Part shown: one piece after another, positions 48,804-58,722 of the stretch | How the letters are laid out: each line of letters opens with the position of its first letter | Numbering within the stretch: the stretch's first letter is position 1 | Position numbers and translations under genes: made by a program | Assembly (NCBI GenBank): GCA_004292595.1 | Contig: RDXM01000083.1 | Coordinates: 79,215 to 143,214, forward strand | Length of the DNA: 64,000 nt | Direction: 5' to 3' | From: Candidatus Kapaibacterium sp. | GTDB lineage: Bacteria > Bacteroidota > Ignavibacteria > Kapaibacteriales > UBA4661 | The notes under the pieces: model-generated | The model's database searches: none | Seen by the model: only the letters and a program-made list of their open reading frames with translations | Told to the model about the DNA's origin: nothing

Positions 48804-49502
48804 TCACGGCAATTTCTTCACAAACTCTTGCACTTTCCGTCCATCCAGAAGCGGCGCACCATGCCCAAAGCAGATAATTTCTGGCTTTAATGCCGCTATT
48901 TTGCGAATGGAATCACGATTTTGTGGGACGTTTGCGGTGAATGCCGTTGGCGGCTCACTCACGCCCGGAAGCCCTGTTATGAGGTTCATTCCATTCAAGA
49001 CATCGCCCAGAATCAAGCATTTATCAGCTTCTCGCCAAAATGCAATATGCCCTGCCGTGTGTCCAGGCGTTTCGAGAACGCGAAAGCCAGCAACCATGTC
49101 ACCTTCGACCAAACTCCGCGCCACAGAATACGCCTCACCCGCCCAGACGCGCCCGATAAGACCAAGCAAACCTTGATTTTGAGGATTATTTTTCAACCCC
49201 CGCTCCATATCATACTTGTCAAGCGCACCGCACCACAACGGCACATTATACGCCTCGCAAACAGCCTTACTTGCGCCTTGATGGTCAGGATGGACGTGGG
49301 TAAGCGCGTGCGCTACAAGGCGTATGGACACTCGTTCTGGCTGCACAAAAAAGCTCTGAAGTGTGCGCAGTAAACGCCGCTCCATGAAGCGCGTTCCAGC
49401 ATCAATCAGCACGGCATCGTTTCCGTCTGCGATAAGATAGGTATTGATAATGTTGTTTGGAAAACCTGATATTTTCCAGAGGTTGGGGGCTACAAGGCGC
49501 AT
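48804..49502 (-). CDS. MBL-fold metallo-hydrolase
   Basis: IDAG, THVHPDHQG, TPGHTAGH, GD, FGHG. Confidence 0.92.
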   Translation of the reverse strand: MRLVAPNLWKISGFPNNIINTYLIADGNDAVLIDAGTRFMERRLLRTLQSFFVQPERVSIRLVAHALTHVHPDHQGASKAVCEAYNVPLWCGALDKYDMERGLKNNPQNQGLLGLIGRVWAGEAYSVARSLVEGDMVAGFRVLETPGHTAGHIAFWREADKCLILGDVLNGMNLITGLPGVSEPPTAFTANVPQNRDSIRKIAALKPEIICFGHGAPLLDGRKVQEFVKKLP

Positions 49503-49528
49503 AATTACTTGCTTTTTATGGTTAAAAA

Positions 49529-51700
49529 TTATTTTCTCGAAACAGCTTTCACTAAATCTTCAACGGCTGGCATAATCATAATATCCGTAAAAGCGCGTGG
49601 TTGCTTGGCTCGCTGGATAAGAAGCATGGTAATTTCTTTCCATTGCGGCGTGGCGGGAATATTGTTCTCCAGCATAGAAAGCGCGTCCAGACTGACTTGC
49701 GAGAGCATTGAGAGCAAGAGCGAATGCTCTTCGATGTCGCGCAAACGCGGCGCAGTTTCTATGAGACGGACAAACGGCGTATGATTGTCTTTCCACAGCT
49801 GAAGATGCCTGATAAGCACTGCTTTATCTGCGTCTGTAGCCTCTGCAAGCGTAGAATTGGTGCGGCTTTGCAGGTATCGTTTCATTGTTGCACGAAAATG
49901 TCTGGCTGTGCGAGAATCGGGGCGAACAACATCAGGAATACTCGTAAGCGGCAAAAACGTCGAATAATTCGGCTGCCCCAAAAGCTGGCCGCGCTTGTAT
50001 TCTTTCACCGTTTCCAGCACTTCTATCAGGTTCTGAAGCGGCTTTACGTCGTTTTCTTGAGGAAAAGGAATCTGCGGCGACTGCACCAAACGCCGGAGCA
50101 AGACAGGCACATTTCGCTCGTGCGTCGAGCCTTTTTCTTCCAAAAGCGTGGAAATGGCATCCAGTCTGCGGTACATATCCGCTACATTATTTTGCCCAGA
50201 TTTCGACCACAACCGCTCCGCAATCGCCGCCGTGCGAGGCCAGATGCGGGAATCAAGAATATCTTTGTCCACCCACTCGCTCCACATCGTTGCCTCGCCG
50301 CCAGCAATGAGCTTTGCCTCTGCGGGACTCAGTTTTACGCTGTCTGGCAAGGGTTCGTTCAGATAATGAAACTCAGTGCTTTGGTTCAAATCAATGTAGT
50401 ACCCGTGCGAGAGGAGCGCGGTGTAGCCTTGCCGTGCCGCTTTATACATTGCTTCTTTGCCTTGCCACGACTGAATCATAATGGACTTAGGAACGCCCTC
50501 CACAAAAATCTCATCCCAGCCCATCATTTTTTTATTATTTTTTGTTAGGATTCCTAATAAGCGTTTATTGAAGTAATTTTGTAATGCTTCTTTCGTGGGG
50601 AGATTATTCGCTTTCATAAAGGCTTGAATATCAGGATTTGCCGCCCATTGCTTGCCGTTGTTTTCATCGCCGCCGATGTGAAAATACTCATCGGGAAATA
50701 ACTCGCACATTTCCTTGAAAAAACCATCCAAAAACGTATAGGTTTCCTCTTTGGTAGGATTCATAACTGGGCTATTACGCCCAAAGCGGCGGTCTATTTT
50801 ATACGGACCACCAAAGGTTGCCGTGCTACCGCTTGAAAATTCAGGATAACCAATGTACCATGCGGTACTGTGTCCAGGCAAATCAAACTCAGGAATGATG
50901 CGGATTCCACGCTCATCAGCATAGCGGATAATACCGCGCATTTCTTCTTGGGTGAAGTATTGCCCATCTGAACCCATTTCATGGAGCTTTGGAAATAGTT
51001 TGGACTCCAAACGAAATCCTTGGTCATCGCTTAAATGCAAATGCAGCACGTTCATCTTCACTGCTTCTAATAAATCAAGCTGGCGTTTGACCACATCCAC
51101 CGAAAAGAAATGCCGTGCTACGTCCAGCATCAGCCCTCGCCAAGGAAAGCGAGGTTTGTCGTTCACAGCAAGCGCAGGAATGTAGTAGCCATCGGCATCG
51201 GAAGCGACAAGCTGCGCAAGCGTGGAAAGCCCGCGTATTGCGCCAATATCCGTCTCTGCTTGAATAGTAATTGTCTCTGGCGTTACCGTGAGCGTATAGC
51301 CTTCATTTTCGCCAAACTCGACTTTTCCTGCTCGCTTGCAATGCACAACAATACTTGGAAGCAGCACCGTATCTTGTGGCGTAAGGTAGCCTTGCCCAAA
51401 ATGAATACCCGTGCGATTGCCAACGCTCCGCAAAAAGCGACTCGCCGCGCTGTACAAGCGTTGATGCGGGTTGCCCTGTATCTGTATCGCACTGCTCGTT
51501 GCAAGACGGAATTTCCCTTCTTTCACGGATATTTCCGACGGAAACGGCATGAGTGCAAGCGTTTGAGCCGTTGATTGAAGTCTGGATTGATTGTCCAATA
51601 ACGATATTTTTGAATTTTTGCTTTGTGCAATAACGTCAAGCACAGAAGTAAGCAAGCAACATCCACAAAGAATGGCGAGTTTGGGACGTGAAAAAAACAT
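49529..51700 (-). CDS. GH20 beta-N-acetylhexosaminidase
   Basis: PRFPWRGLMLDVARHF, HLSDDQG, PEFDLPGH, HIGGDE, MWSE, WPR; signal peptide after MFFSRP. Confidence 0.95.
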   Translation of the reverse strand: MFFSRPKLAILCGCCLLTSVLDVIAQSKNSKISLLDNQSRLQSTAQTLALMPFPSEISVKEGKFRLATSSAIQIQGNPHQRLYSAASRFLRSVGNRTGIHFGQGYLTPQDTVLLPSIVVHCKRAGKVEFGENEGYTLTVTPETITIQAETDIGAIRGLSTLAQLVASDADGYYIPALAVNDKPRFPWRGLMLDVARHFFSVDVVKRQLDLLEAVKMNVLHLHLSDDQGFRLESKLFPKLHEMGSDGQYFTQEEMRGIIRYADERGIRIIPEFDLPGHSTAWYIGYPEFSSGSTATFGGPYKIDRRFGRNSPVMNPTKEETYTFLDGFFKEMCELFPDEYFHIGGDENNGKQWAANPDIQAFMKANNLPTKEALQNYFNKRLLGILTKNNKKMMGWDEIFVEGVPKSIMIQSWQGKEAMYKAARQGYTALLSHGYYIDLNQSTEFHYLNEPLPDSVKLSPAEAKLIAGGEATMWSEWVDKDILDSRIWPRTAAIAERLWSKSGQNNVADMYRRLDAISTLLEEKGSTHERNVPVLLRRLVQSPQIPFPQENDVKPLQNLIEVLETVKEYKRGQLLGQPNYSTFLPLTSIPDVVRPDSRTARHFRATMKRYLQSRTNSTLAEATDADKAVLIRHLQLWKDNHTPFVRLIETAPRLRDIEEHSLLLSMLSQVSLDALSMLENNIPATPQWKEITMLLIQRAKQPRAFTDIMIMPAVEDLVKAVSRK

Positions 51701-51782
51701 ACAATTTTGCGTGAAGAGGTGATAAAATCTTGTTTTCTTGGGATTTTTCTTCGTGCGCCCAAGATAATGAATACAAGACAAC

Positions 51783-51824
51783 AAAAAAAATGCCACGAAA
51801 GATTCTCCTTTCGTGGCATTTTTT
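51783..51824 (-). terminator. Rho-independent terminator
   Basis: AAAAAAAATGCCACGAAAG..CTTTCGTGGCATTTTTT. Confidence 0.8.
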
Positions 51825-51863
51825 CTGATAAACTCTTTGTGGCAAATTCCTTGGGCAAAGCCT

Positions 51864-52757
51864 TTACTGCTTGGTGAACTTCGTAATTGTGCGTTCTTTG
51901 CCATTCGACGCAACAATAGAATATACGCCGCTTGGCAAGCTCTTTACATCAACAAAGCGCGAGCCTTGTTTCAGTGGCACATCGCCAAGCACTTCTTCGC
52001 CGAGCGCATTCACAAATGATACCGTACAATCTTTGCTAGTTTGGACGAGTAAACGTCCATTTTGTGCGGCAGGTGCGGCGGAAAGGCTGATTTTTTCAGG
52101 TGCTTCCAGTGCCGCTGTGACTGAACCCGTTGTTGAACGCGCCCAGAGATTATACCGCGCATAGCCAATAACTTCAGCCTCTGCGCCTGTTCTGGGGCGA
52201 TAAATGATTGCATCGCTCCACTGCAAGAAATCAAATGGATACGGTCCGACGGTATGTCCATGCGTAACCAAGAGCGTGTTTGTCCCTGCTGGCGGAAGTG
52301 CATTGACGCGAGTGCGCAGTTCGGGCAAGCGTTGGTCGTTGGTGTACACAGTAAAAGTCAGTGCGGTGGAAATTACCATGTTCAGCCCAGTATTCATTAA
52401 TACGCCTGTTTCGTAGCAACGGCAAAACTCGCTCACCGTCAGGCTTGAAATCGGGATGCGCAAACGCCGAATAGCACGACCGATGTTTGCTGCCTCCGTG
52501 CGTCCGACAATATCGAGCTGCCGCGCAGAGTTCACATCGCACGACTTCCACCATTGAGATTCGACAGAGCCAAAAGGCACTGGGTCGCTGCTTCCATTCG
52601 GAAACGTTCCAAAGGGCGCAGTAGAATGGCGAAAAATGATAACGTAGCCGCCTTGACGAAGGAAGGTCAAATCAGAAAGTTCTGCTACTGGCACTTGCGC
52701 AAATGCCTCAAGGCTTGCAACAGCACATAAAATGAGTACACTGAGAAAATATTTCAT
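51864..52757 (-). CDS. Secreted histidine phosphatase-family protein with T9SS-like C-terminal domain
   Basis: Signal peptide; FRHS, ARQL..GR, SEFCRCYET, VTHG; C-terminal VNALGEEV..LPSGVYSI..KFTKQ. Confidence 0.8.
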   Translation of the reverse strand: MKYFLSVLILCAVASLEAFAQVPVAELSDLTFLRQGGYVIIFRHSTAPFGTFPNGSSDPVPFGSVESQWWKSCDVNSARQLDIVGRTEAANIGRAIRRLRIPISSLTVSEFCRCYETGVLMNTGLNMVISTALTFTVYTNDQRLPELRTRVNALPPAGTNTLLVTHGHTVGPYPFDFLQWSDAIIYRPRTGAEAEVIGYARYNLWARSTTGSVTAALEAPEKISLSAAPAAQNGRLLVQTSKDCTVSFVNALGEEVLGDVPLKQGSRFVDVKSLPSGVYSIVASNGKERTITKFTKQ

Positions 52758-52826
52758 AGTTCTTACAGAAAATATTTCAAGGTTGAAAAGAAAATTGGGT
52801 AAAGGAACATCAGAACAATAACGCTG

Positions 52827-53717
52827 CTAGAATTTCACAAACTTCGTTGAAACCCGCTTCGTTGCTGTGCCAGCAGTGATGATGTATGTGCCAGCAGCCC
52901 ACGCAGACACGTTCAGATTGCGCGTACCTTGAACATCCGCCTCGCTGTACACTTCTTGCCCAAGCACATTAACAATCGAAATATCACATTTTTTGCCCGC
53001 TTGGAGGAGAATCTGCTCTGCGCTGGGATTGGGAGAAACCGAAACGCTGAGGTCGCTCGCTTGTGTAGTGGCAGCATTTGCAACCGAAGTACCCGTTGTT
53101 GCTTGCGCCCACGTTGGGTAGCGGATTACTCCCACGCGGCTCGCTGTTGCATTGGTAGAATTATACCGATAGACAACGGCATCGCTCCAACCAACGATAA
53201 AATCAAATTCTCCTTGCGACGTGCCATGCGTCCAAACGACCGTGTTTGTGCCAGCAACAGGGGCTTGGTTTACAATATCACGCAAGCCAAGAACGCGCTC
53301 TGCATCGGGATAGACGACCATACTCGCGGCACTGGAAAGCTGAATGGTTGTGTTCATATTCATCAGCACAGCAGATTCATATGCACGGCAATACTCGCTG
53401 GAAATCAAGCGTCCGACACGGTAATTCTGACGGCGCATCACATTACCAATCGTCATAGCTTCTACACGCCCAGTGGTGCTGAGTTGCCGCGCTGTTGCAG
53501 GGTCGCAAGATTTCCACCATTGCGAGTCCAAACTACCGCTAATATCAGTACCCGTGCCGCCTTGTATAAAATTTCCGCCTGGGGCAGACGCATGGCGGAA
53601 AAATAAAATATAGCCGCCTTGTCGCAAAATATTCAGGTCGGTAATATCTTGAGCAAAGCTCGGAAGAGCGCATAGAATCAAGCACAATGCACTCACAAAG
53701 AAACAATTTTTTTTCAT
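52827..53717 (-). CDS. Secreted histidine phosphatase-family protein with T9SS type A sorting domain (paralog)
   Basis: FRHA, ARQL..GR, SEYCRAYES, WTHG; SPNPS..VNVLGQEV..AGTYII..KFVKF. Confidence 0.85.
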   Translation of the reverse strand: MKKNCFFVSALCLILCALPSFAQDITDLNILRQGGYILFFRHASAPGGNFIQGGTGTDISGSLDSQWWKSCDPATARQLSTTGRVEAMTIGNVMRRQNYRVGRLISSEYCRAYESAVLMNMNTTIQLSSAASMVVYPDAERVLGLRDIVNQAPVAGTNTVVWTHGTSQGEFDFIVGWSDAVVYRYNSTNATASRVGVIRYPTWAQATTGTSVANAATTQASDLSVSVSPNPSAEQILLQAGKKCDISIVNVLGQEVYSEADVQGTRNLNVSAWAAGTYIITAGTATKRVSTKFVKF

Positions 53718-53781
53718 AAAAAAGTGGTTGGATGAAACAGAAGCAAAAAAAAGAAATTTTCAAAAAAATTTCACGGCAAAA

Positions 53782-54363
53782 CTACAAAGAAATTTCGCCC
53801 AACGTGAGGGAAAAATTTGGTAACACATCTTCACCAAATAGAACACTGTCCGCACCTTGCACAAGAGTAACAGAGCTATCTGCACGGTAAATATGTACCT
53901 CCAAAGTATCGGCATTGATAAGCCACGCCAAGCGGCAACCGTTCTTTATCCATTCCTGCATTTTTGCTTGTAGATTCGGCAAATGGTCGCTCTGGGACAT
54001 GAGTTCAATCACGAAATCAGGGCAGATTGGCGCGAAGCGTTTTTGCTCGCTCTCGGAAAGGGCATTCCAGCGTTCATATGTGATGAAAGCGGCATCGGGA
54101 GAGCGCACGGCTGTATTCGGAAGTTTGAAACCTGTGGAAGAATCAAAAATTCGTCCGCTTTTGTATTTCAAATTCCATATTCCTAAATAAATGATAATGT
54201 TTGCATTGCGTGTTCCTGTTTCACTTCCAGTTAAGCCCATGATAAAAATTTCTCCTTCGGCAGAGCGTTCAAATTTTAATTGTTTATTTGCTTGGCAAAA
54301 TGCGAAAAACTGCTCATCGCTGAGTCCACCAAGTGTATCGAATTTTATTTCTTGGACTTCCAT
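53782..54363 (-). CDS. Uma2/DUF820 endonuclease (second subfamily)
   Basis: ERSAEGEI, FDSSTGFKLP, SPDAAF, CPDFVIELMS, KMQEWIKNG. Confidence 0.92.
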   Translation of the reverse strand: MEVQEIKFDTLGGLSDEQFFAFCQANKQLKFERSAEGEIFIMGLTGSETGTRNANIIIYLGIWNLKYKSGRIFDSSTGFKLPNTAVRSPDAAFITYERWNALSESEQKRFAPICPDFVIELMSQSDHLPNLQAKMQEWIKNGCRLAWLINADTLEVHIYRADSSVTLVQGADSVLFGEDVLPNFSLTLGEISL

Positions 54364-54395
54364 AGCTGAAGATTGGTAGGATTTGAAACAAAAAT

Positions 54396-54424
54396 GAGAC
54401 CCTCAAGGAGAATTGAGAGTCTCA
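54396..54424 (-). terminator. Probable terminator downstream of sucA/kgd
   Basis: TGAGACcCTCAA..TTGAGaGTCTCA hairpin next to an A-tract. Confidence 0.55.
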
Positions 54425-54466
54425 CAATGGACTATGAGCTACTGTGAGCTATATTTGCACAACACT

Positions 54467-57400
54467 CTAAAACTTTCCAAACGCCGCATCAGTCAAGGCT
54501 TCTTGCTCCAAGTTGTGGACGGCATTAAAGCCCGTTGCTGGGCTTGCCGATGCCTTGCGACCAGCATAACGAAGGCGTTGGCTGATAAGAAGCAGTTCCG
54601 CAAAAAGCGGCGCGACAAACGTCCACGCACCCGCATTTTTCGGCTCTTCTTGCACCCAAACCACATCTTGTGCGCGTTCATATTTTTGCAAAATGGCGCG
54701 TACTTTTGCTTCGTGGAAGGGATAAATTTGCTCAAGACGCACAATCGCAACGTCGTCTGCGCCAAGTTTGGTGCGCTTTGCAAGCAAATCGTAATAGACC
54801 TTGCCCGTTGAAAACAGAACACGGCGCACGTTTTCTGGCTTCACGCTTGCATCGTCAATCACTTCTTGGAACGCGCCTTCGGTGAAATCCTTCACGTGCG
54901 AGACGGCTTGCGGGTTGCGCAGCATACTTTTGGGCGACATGACCACAAGAGGCTTCCTAAAATCACGCTTTACCTGACGGCGCAGCGCGTGGAAGATTTG
55001 CGCGGGCGTAGTGAAATTGCCAATAATCATGTTGTCGTCGGCGCAGAGCTGCAAGAACCGCTCCAGACGTGCGCTGGAGTGTTCGGGACCTTGTCCTTCG
55101 TAGCCGTGCGGCAAAAGCAGCACCAAACCTGAGGTTTGCGCCCATTTCGCCTCGCCAGAGGCAAGAAATTGGTCAATAATTGTTTGTGCGCCGTTGGCAA
55201 AATCGCCGAACTGCCCTTCCCAAATCGTGAGTCCTTTCGGGCGCGTCACGCTGTAACCGTACTCATAGCCCATGACGGCAAATTCCGAAAGCGCGGAATC
55301 ATACACTGAGAACTGCGCTTGGTCTGGGCGCAAACGATTCAGCAAAATAAGGTCGCGCTCGTTGTTGTAATCCGTCAAAACCGAATGGCGGTGGCTGAAC
55401 GTCCCGCGAGCGGAATCTTCACCCGTAATGCGCACAGGAAAGCCTTCCATGACAAGGGACGCAAAAGCAAGTGCTTCGCCCATGCCCCAATCCATGCCTT
55501 TGTCGTGCAGCACCATTTCACCACGCTTTTTGAGCAAATCGCTCAGTTTCGGGTGCGGAGTAAAGTTTGCGGGAACGGCACTCAGTTTTTCGCCAATTTC
55601 ATTCACCATCGCCGTATCAATACTGGTTGTGACGGGTGCGAACATATCAATCACACGCGGTGGCGGCACTTCTTTCAGCTTTGTTTCTTTGCTTGCCGCG
55701 AAAGCATCATCCCATCGCTGCTGAATTTCCGCATAAATCGCGGCGGCTTCTTCTTTGGTAATAACTTTTGATTCTACCAAATAATCGCGGTACGGCTCGG
55801 ATGCCGACGGCAATGCTTTGATTTTTTTGTACAGCAAAGGCTGTGTGTATGCGGGTTCGTCGCCTTCGTTATGTCCGTATTTGCGATAGCAAAGAAGGTC
55901 AATCACCACATCCTCGCCAAAGGCTTGGCGGTATTCAATCGCAAAAGCGGCTGCGGTCAGGACTTCTTCGGGTTCGCCGCCGTTTACGTGGAGAATCGGC
56001 ACTTGCAGCATTTTTGCAATATCGGTACAATAAATCGTCGAGCGGGCATCTTCGGGGACAGTGGTGAAACCGATTTGATTGTTAATCACAATATGAATCG
56101 TGCCGCCTGTCTTGTAGGCGCGTAGCCGTGCGAGGTTCAGGGTTTCTTGCACAATTCCCAAGCCCGCCATTGCCGAATCGCCGTGAATCAAAATCGGCAG
56201 AACTTTTGAATAGGTGTCGTCCTTAATTTCGTCAATCCGCGCCCGCGCCATGCCCTCTACGACTGGATTGACCGCTTCCAAGTGGCTCGGATTCGGTGCA
56301 AGATTGATGTTGATTTGCTTGCCGTTCGGGTGCGTGTATTTGCCTTCCGCGCCCAAGTGATATTTCACATCGCCCGAGCTTTGAAACTGCGTTGGGTCGA
56401 GTTCATTCGTAAATTTTTTGAACATCGCCGCCGCCGATTTTCCCATGATATTGATGAGCGTATTCAAGCGACCACGATGCGCCATGCCCATATACACATC
56501 AGTAACGCCGCGCTCTGCAGCCAATTCCATAATTTTGTCAATCGCGGGAACGAAGGATTCGCCGCCCTCAACGGAAAACCGCTTCGAGCCGACAAATTTT
56601 GTGTGGATATACTTTTCAAACGATTCTGCTTCAACGAGCTTGCGCAGCACCCGCACTTTGGCTTCTTTGCTGTATTTTGCGTTGTTGTAAACGGTTTCAA
56701 ATCTATCCTTCACCCACGCCTTTTTGTCAAGCTCTTGAATGTGCATAAACTCAACGCCGATGCGCCCGCAATAGGTGTCGCGGAGCATCGTTAAAATATC
56801 ACGGAGCGGAGCGCGTTTGATGCCACCCAAGCCGCCCGTATCGAAATCTCGACTCAAGTCCCAAATTGTCAAGCCATAATAGGATATATCCAATTCGGGA
56901 TAGTAATATGCCTGCAAACCAAGCGGATTCATGTCCGCATACAAGTGTCCACGCACACGATAGGCATTGATAAGCTGTACAACTTTTGTTTCCTGTTCTA
57001 GCACTTCGGCGGTATCGCCACTGTAAAACGGGTTGTTGTTCAAATCAACAACCCACTTAAACGGCTCAAAAGGAATGCCTAAGCTGGCATAAATTTGGTC
57101 GTAAAAATTATCGTCGCCCTTGAGCAAATTTTCGATGTATTGCAAGAACTCACCCGACTCCGCGCCTTGAATAATACGGTGGTCGTAGGTATTGGTAATC
57201 GTCATTACTTTGCTCACAGCCATTGTTGCCAGCATTTGCGGTGCGAAGGCTTTCATTTCTGCGGGATAATCAATCGAACCCGCCGCAACAATCAAGCCCA
57301 TACCTTCCATGAGGCGCGGCACCGAAGCGTTTGTGCCAATCATGCCCGGATTCGTGAGCGATGCGGTTGTGCCAGAAAGGTCGTTCACATCGAGCTTATT

Positions 57401-58171
57401 CACCCGCGATTTTGCAATGAGTTTGTCGTATTCAGCAATAAACTGAGAAAACATCATATCTTGCGAATTTTTCACACTCGGCACGACGAGTCCACGCGAA
57501 CCGTCCTTGCGCACAGCATCCACCGCAAGACCAAAATTCACCGAGCCACGCTTGACGCGATGCGGCTTTCCGTCAATTCTCGCAAAAGCATCGTTCATGC
57601 CTGGATATTTCACCAATGCACGGACAATCGCCCAACCGATGATATGCGTAAAGCTGATTTTCTTTTTGCGATTTCGCGCTAAATGGTTGTTAATCACGAT
57701 GCGATTTTCTTCGAGTGCTTTAATTGGCATCGTGCGAATGGTCGTTGCTACTGGCACGTTCAGGCTTGATTCCATGTTATCGACAACACGCTCTGCCACG
57801 CCTGAAATTGGCACAAGAGAATCTTTTTCGCCCAAGAATACTTTCATGCTCGGCTTTGCGGCGGGCGCAGGTGCTGGTGCGGCGGCGGCAACTGGCGCAG
57901 AAACCGCTTGCACGGCGGGCTGCGGAGCTGCTTGCACGGCGGGAGCCGAAGCGGTATGACCGTTTGCGTGTCCGCTCGCAGACGCACCATTGCTTGCTCC
58001 GTTGGAGTAGCCGTTAGAAGGCACACCATTACTTGCTCCTACACCAAATTCGGCAGCAAGTTCGGCTTTATTTGTCTCGAAGTAGGCTTGCCAATCGCTT
58101 GCGATTGAGCTTGGATTGCGGAGATACTCAAAATAGAGGTCTTCCACAAAGGCAGAATTCATGCTAATCAT
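54467..58171 (-). CDS. kgd: Multifunctional 2-oxoglutarate dehydrogenase E1 with fused E2-like acyltransferase domain (Kgd/OdhA type)
   Basis: TYDHRIIQGAESG (E2 motif), GMAHRGRLN, GDVKYHLG, HGDSA..NNQ ThDP motif, GHNEGD, PHGYEGQGPEHSSAR. Confidence 0.95.
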   Translation of the reverse strand: MISMNSAFVEDLYFEYLRNPSSIASDWQAYFETNKAELAAEFGVGASNGVPSNGYSNGASNGASASGHANGHTASAPAVQAAPQPAVQAVSAPVAAAAPAPAPAAKPSMKVFLGEKDSLVPISGVAERVVDNMESSLNVPVATTIRTMPIKALEENRIVINNHLARNRKKKISFTHIIGWAIVRALVKYPGMNDAFARIDGKPHRVKRGSVNFGLAVDAVRKDGSRGLVVPSVKNSQDMMFSQFIAEYDKLIAKSRVNKLDVNDLSGTTASLTNPGMIGTNASVPRLMEGMGLIVAAGSIDYPAEMKAFAPQMLATMAVSKVMTITNTYDHRIIQGAESGEFLQYIENLLKGDDNFYDQIYASLGIPFEPFKWVVDLNNNPFYSGDTAEVLEQETKVVQLINAYRVRGHLYADMNPLGLQAYYYPELDISYYGLTIWDLSRDFDTGGLGGIKRAPLRDILTMLRDTYCGRIGVEFMHIQELDKKAWVKDRFETVYNNAKYSKEAKVRVLRKLVEAESFEKYIHTKFVGSKRFSVEGGESFVPAIDKIMELAAERGVTDVYMGMAHRGRLNTLINIMGKSAAAMFKKFTNELDPTQFQSSGDVKYHLGAEGKYTHPNGKQININLAPNPSHLEAVNPVVEGMARARIDEIKDDTYSKVLPILIHGDSAMAGLGIVQETLNLARLRAYKTGGTIHIVINNQIGFTTVPEDARSTIYCTDIAKMLQVPILHVNGGEPEEVLTAAAFAIEYRQAFGEDVVIDLLCYRKYGHNEGDEPAYTQPLLYKKIKALPSASEPYRDYLVESKVITKEEAAAIYAEIQQRWDDAFAASKETKLKEVPPPRVIDMFAPVTTSIDTAMVNEIGEKLSAVPANFTPHPKLSDLLKKRGEMVLHDKGMDWGMGEALAFASLVMEGFPVRITGEDSARGTFSHRHSVLTDYNNERDLILLNRLRPDQAQFSVYDSALSEFAVMGYEYGYSVTRPKGLTIWEGQFGDFANGAQTIIDQFLASGEAKWAQTSGLVLLLPHGYEGQGPEHSSARLERFLQLCADDNMIIGNFTTPAQIFHALRRQVKRDFRKPLVVMSPKSMLRNPQAVSHVKDFTEGAFQEVIDDASVKPENVRRVLFSTGKVYYDLLAKRTKLGADDVAIVRLEQIYPFHEAKVRAILQKYERAQDVVWVQEEPKNAGAWTFVAPLFAELLLISQRLRYAGRKASASPATGFNAVHNLEQEALTDAAFGKF

Positions 58172-58457
58172 ATCGGAGAAACCTTGAAAAATGAAGTGAT
58201 AATGAGTTGAAGTTCAGAAGAAATTCAGAAGAAATTCAGAATTGGGAAATATGTTTCAATACAAGCAATTACGCTGCATTGACGGGCGTTTTATAACATC
58301 CACACACAACTTTTCAACTTAGGAAAAGTTTTGCACATTTGCCACAAAAACCTTGCCAATCAAGATTTTTTCGTTCCACGTCATTAAAATTTCGGAACAT
58401 CGTCTTTCATTCCGTCATTTTTTCCTAACTTGGCAGAGAATTTCTCATGGATTTCCC

Positions 58458-58643
58458 GTAACTGGTCAGGTCATAATTTTTTTGGACGCAGATGAAGATG
58501 ATGGAATGGATGAAGATGATAAAAAAGCAAAAAATATCACAGATGGGATGAGGTATGTATTCATTCCTTTATTCTCTCATCTTCATCCATCCAATCATCT
58601 TCATCTGCGTCCCCATCTTCATTGCTGAGACCTGACCAGTTAC
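58458..58643. mobile_element. MITE family E (186 bp) with long internal inverted repeat
   Basis: Perfect TIR GTAACTGGTCAGGTC; 8-bp flanks GATTTCCC/GATTTTCC; inner 36-bp arms at 58484-58519 and 58577-58612 with 2 mismatches. Confidence 0.85.
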
Positions 58644-58722
58644 GATTTTCCATAGATTTTCCACAAAAACATCATTTCTTTTCTTCATTTTTTCCCTCAC
58701 TACTACATTTTAGAGAATTGCT

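Noticed and set aside
48804-49502. Metallo-beta-lactamase resistance gene
   Set aside because: Generic cytoplasmic MBL-fold hydrolase with no signal peptide.
58172-58450. Riboswitch or sucA RNA motif upstream of kgd
   Set aside because: No recognisable conserved structure by eye; an Rfam/Infernal scan would be needed to exclude it.
58353-58628. ORF with acidic DADEDDGMDEDD and His-rich tail
   Set aside because: Translation of the MITE E inverted arms, not a credible protein.
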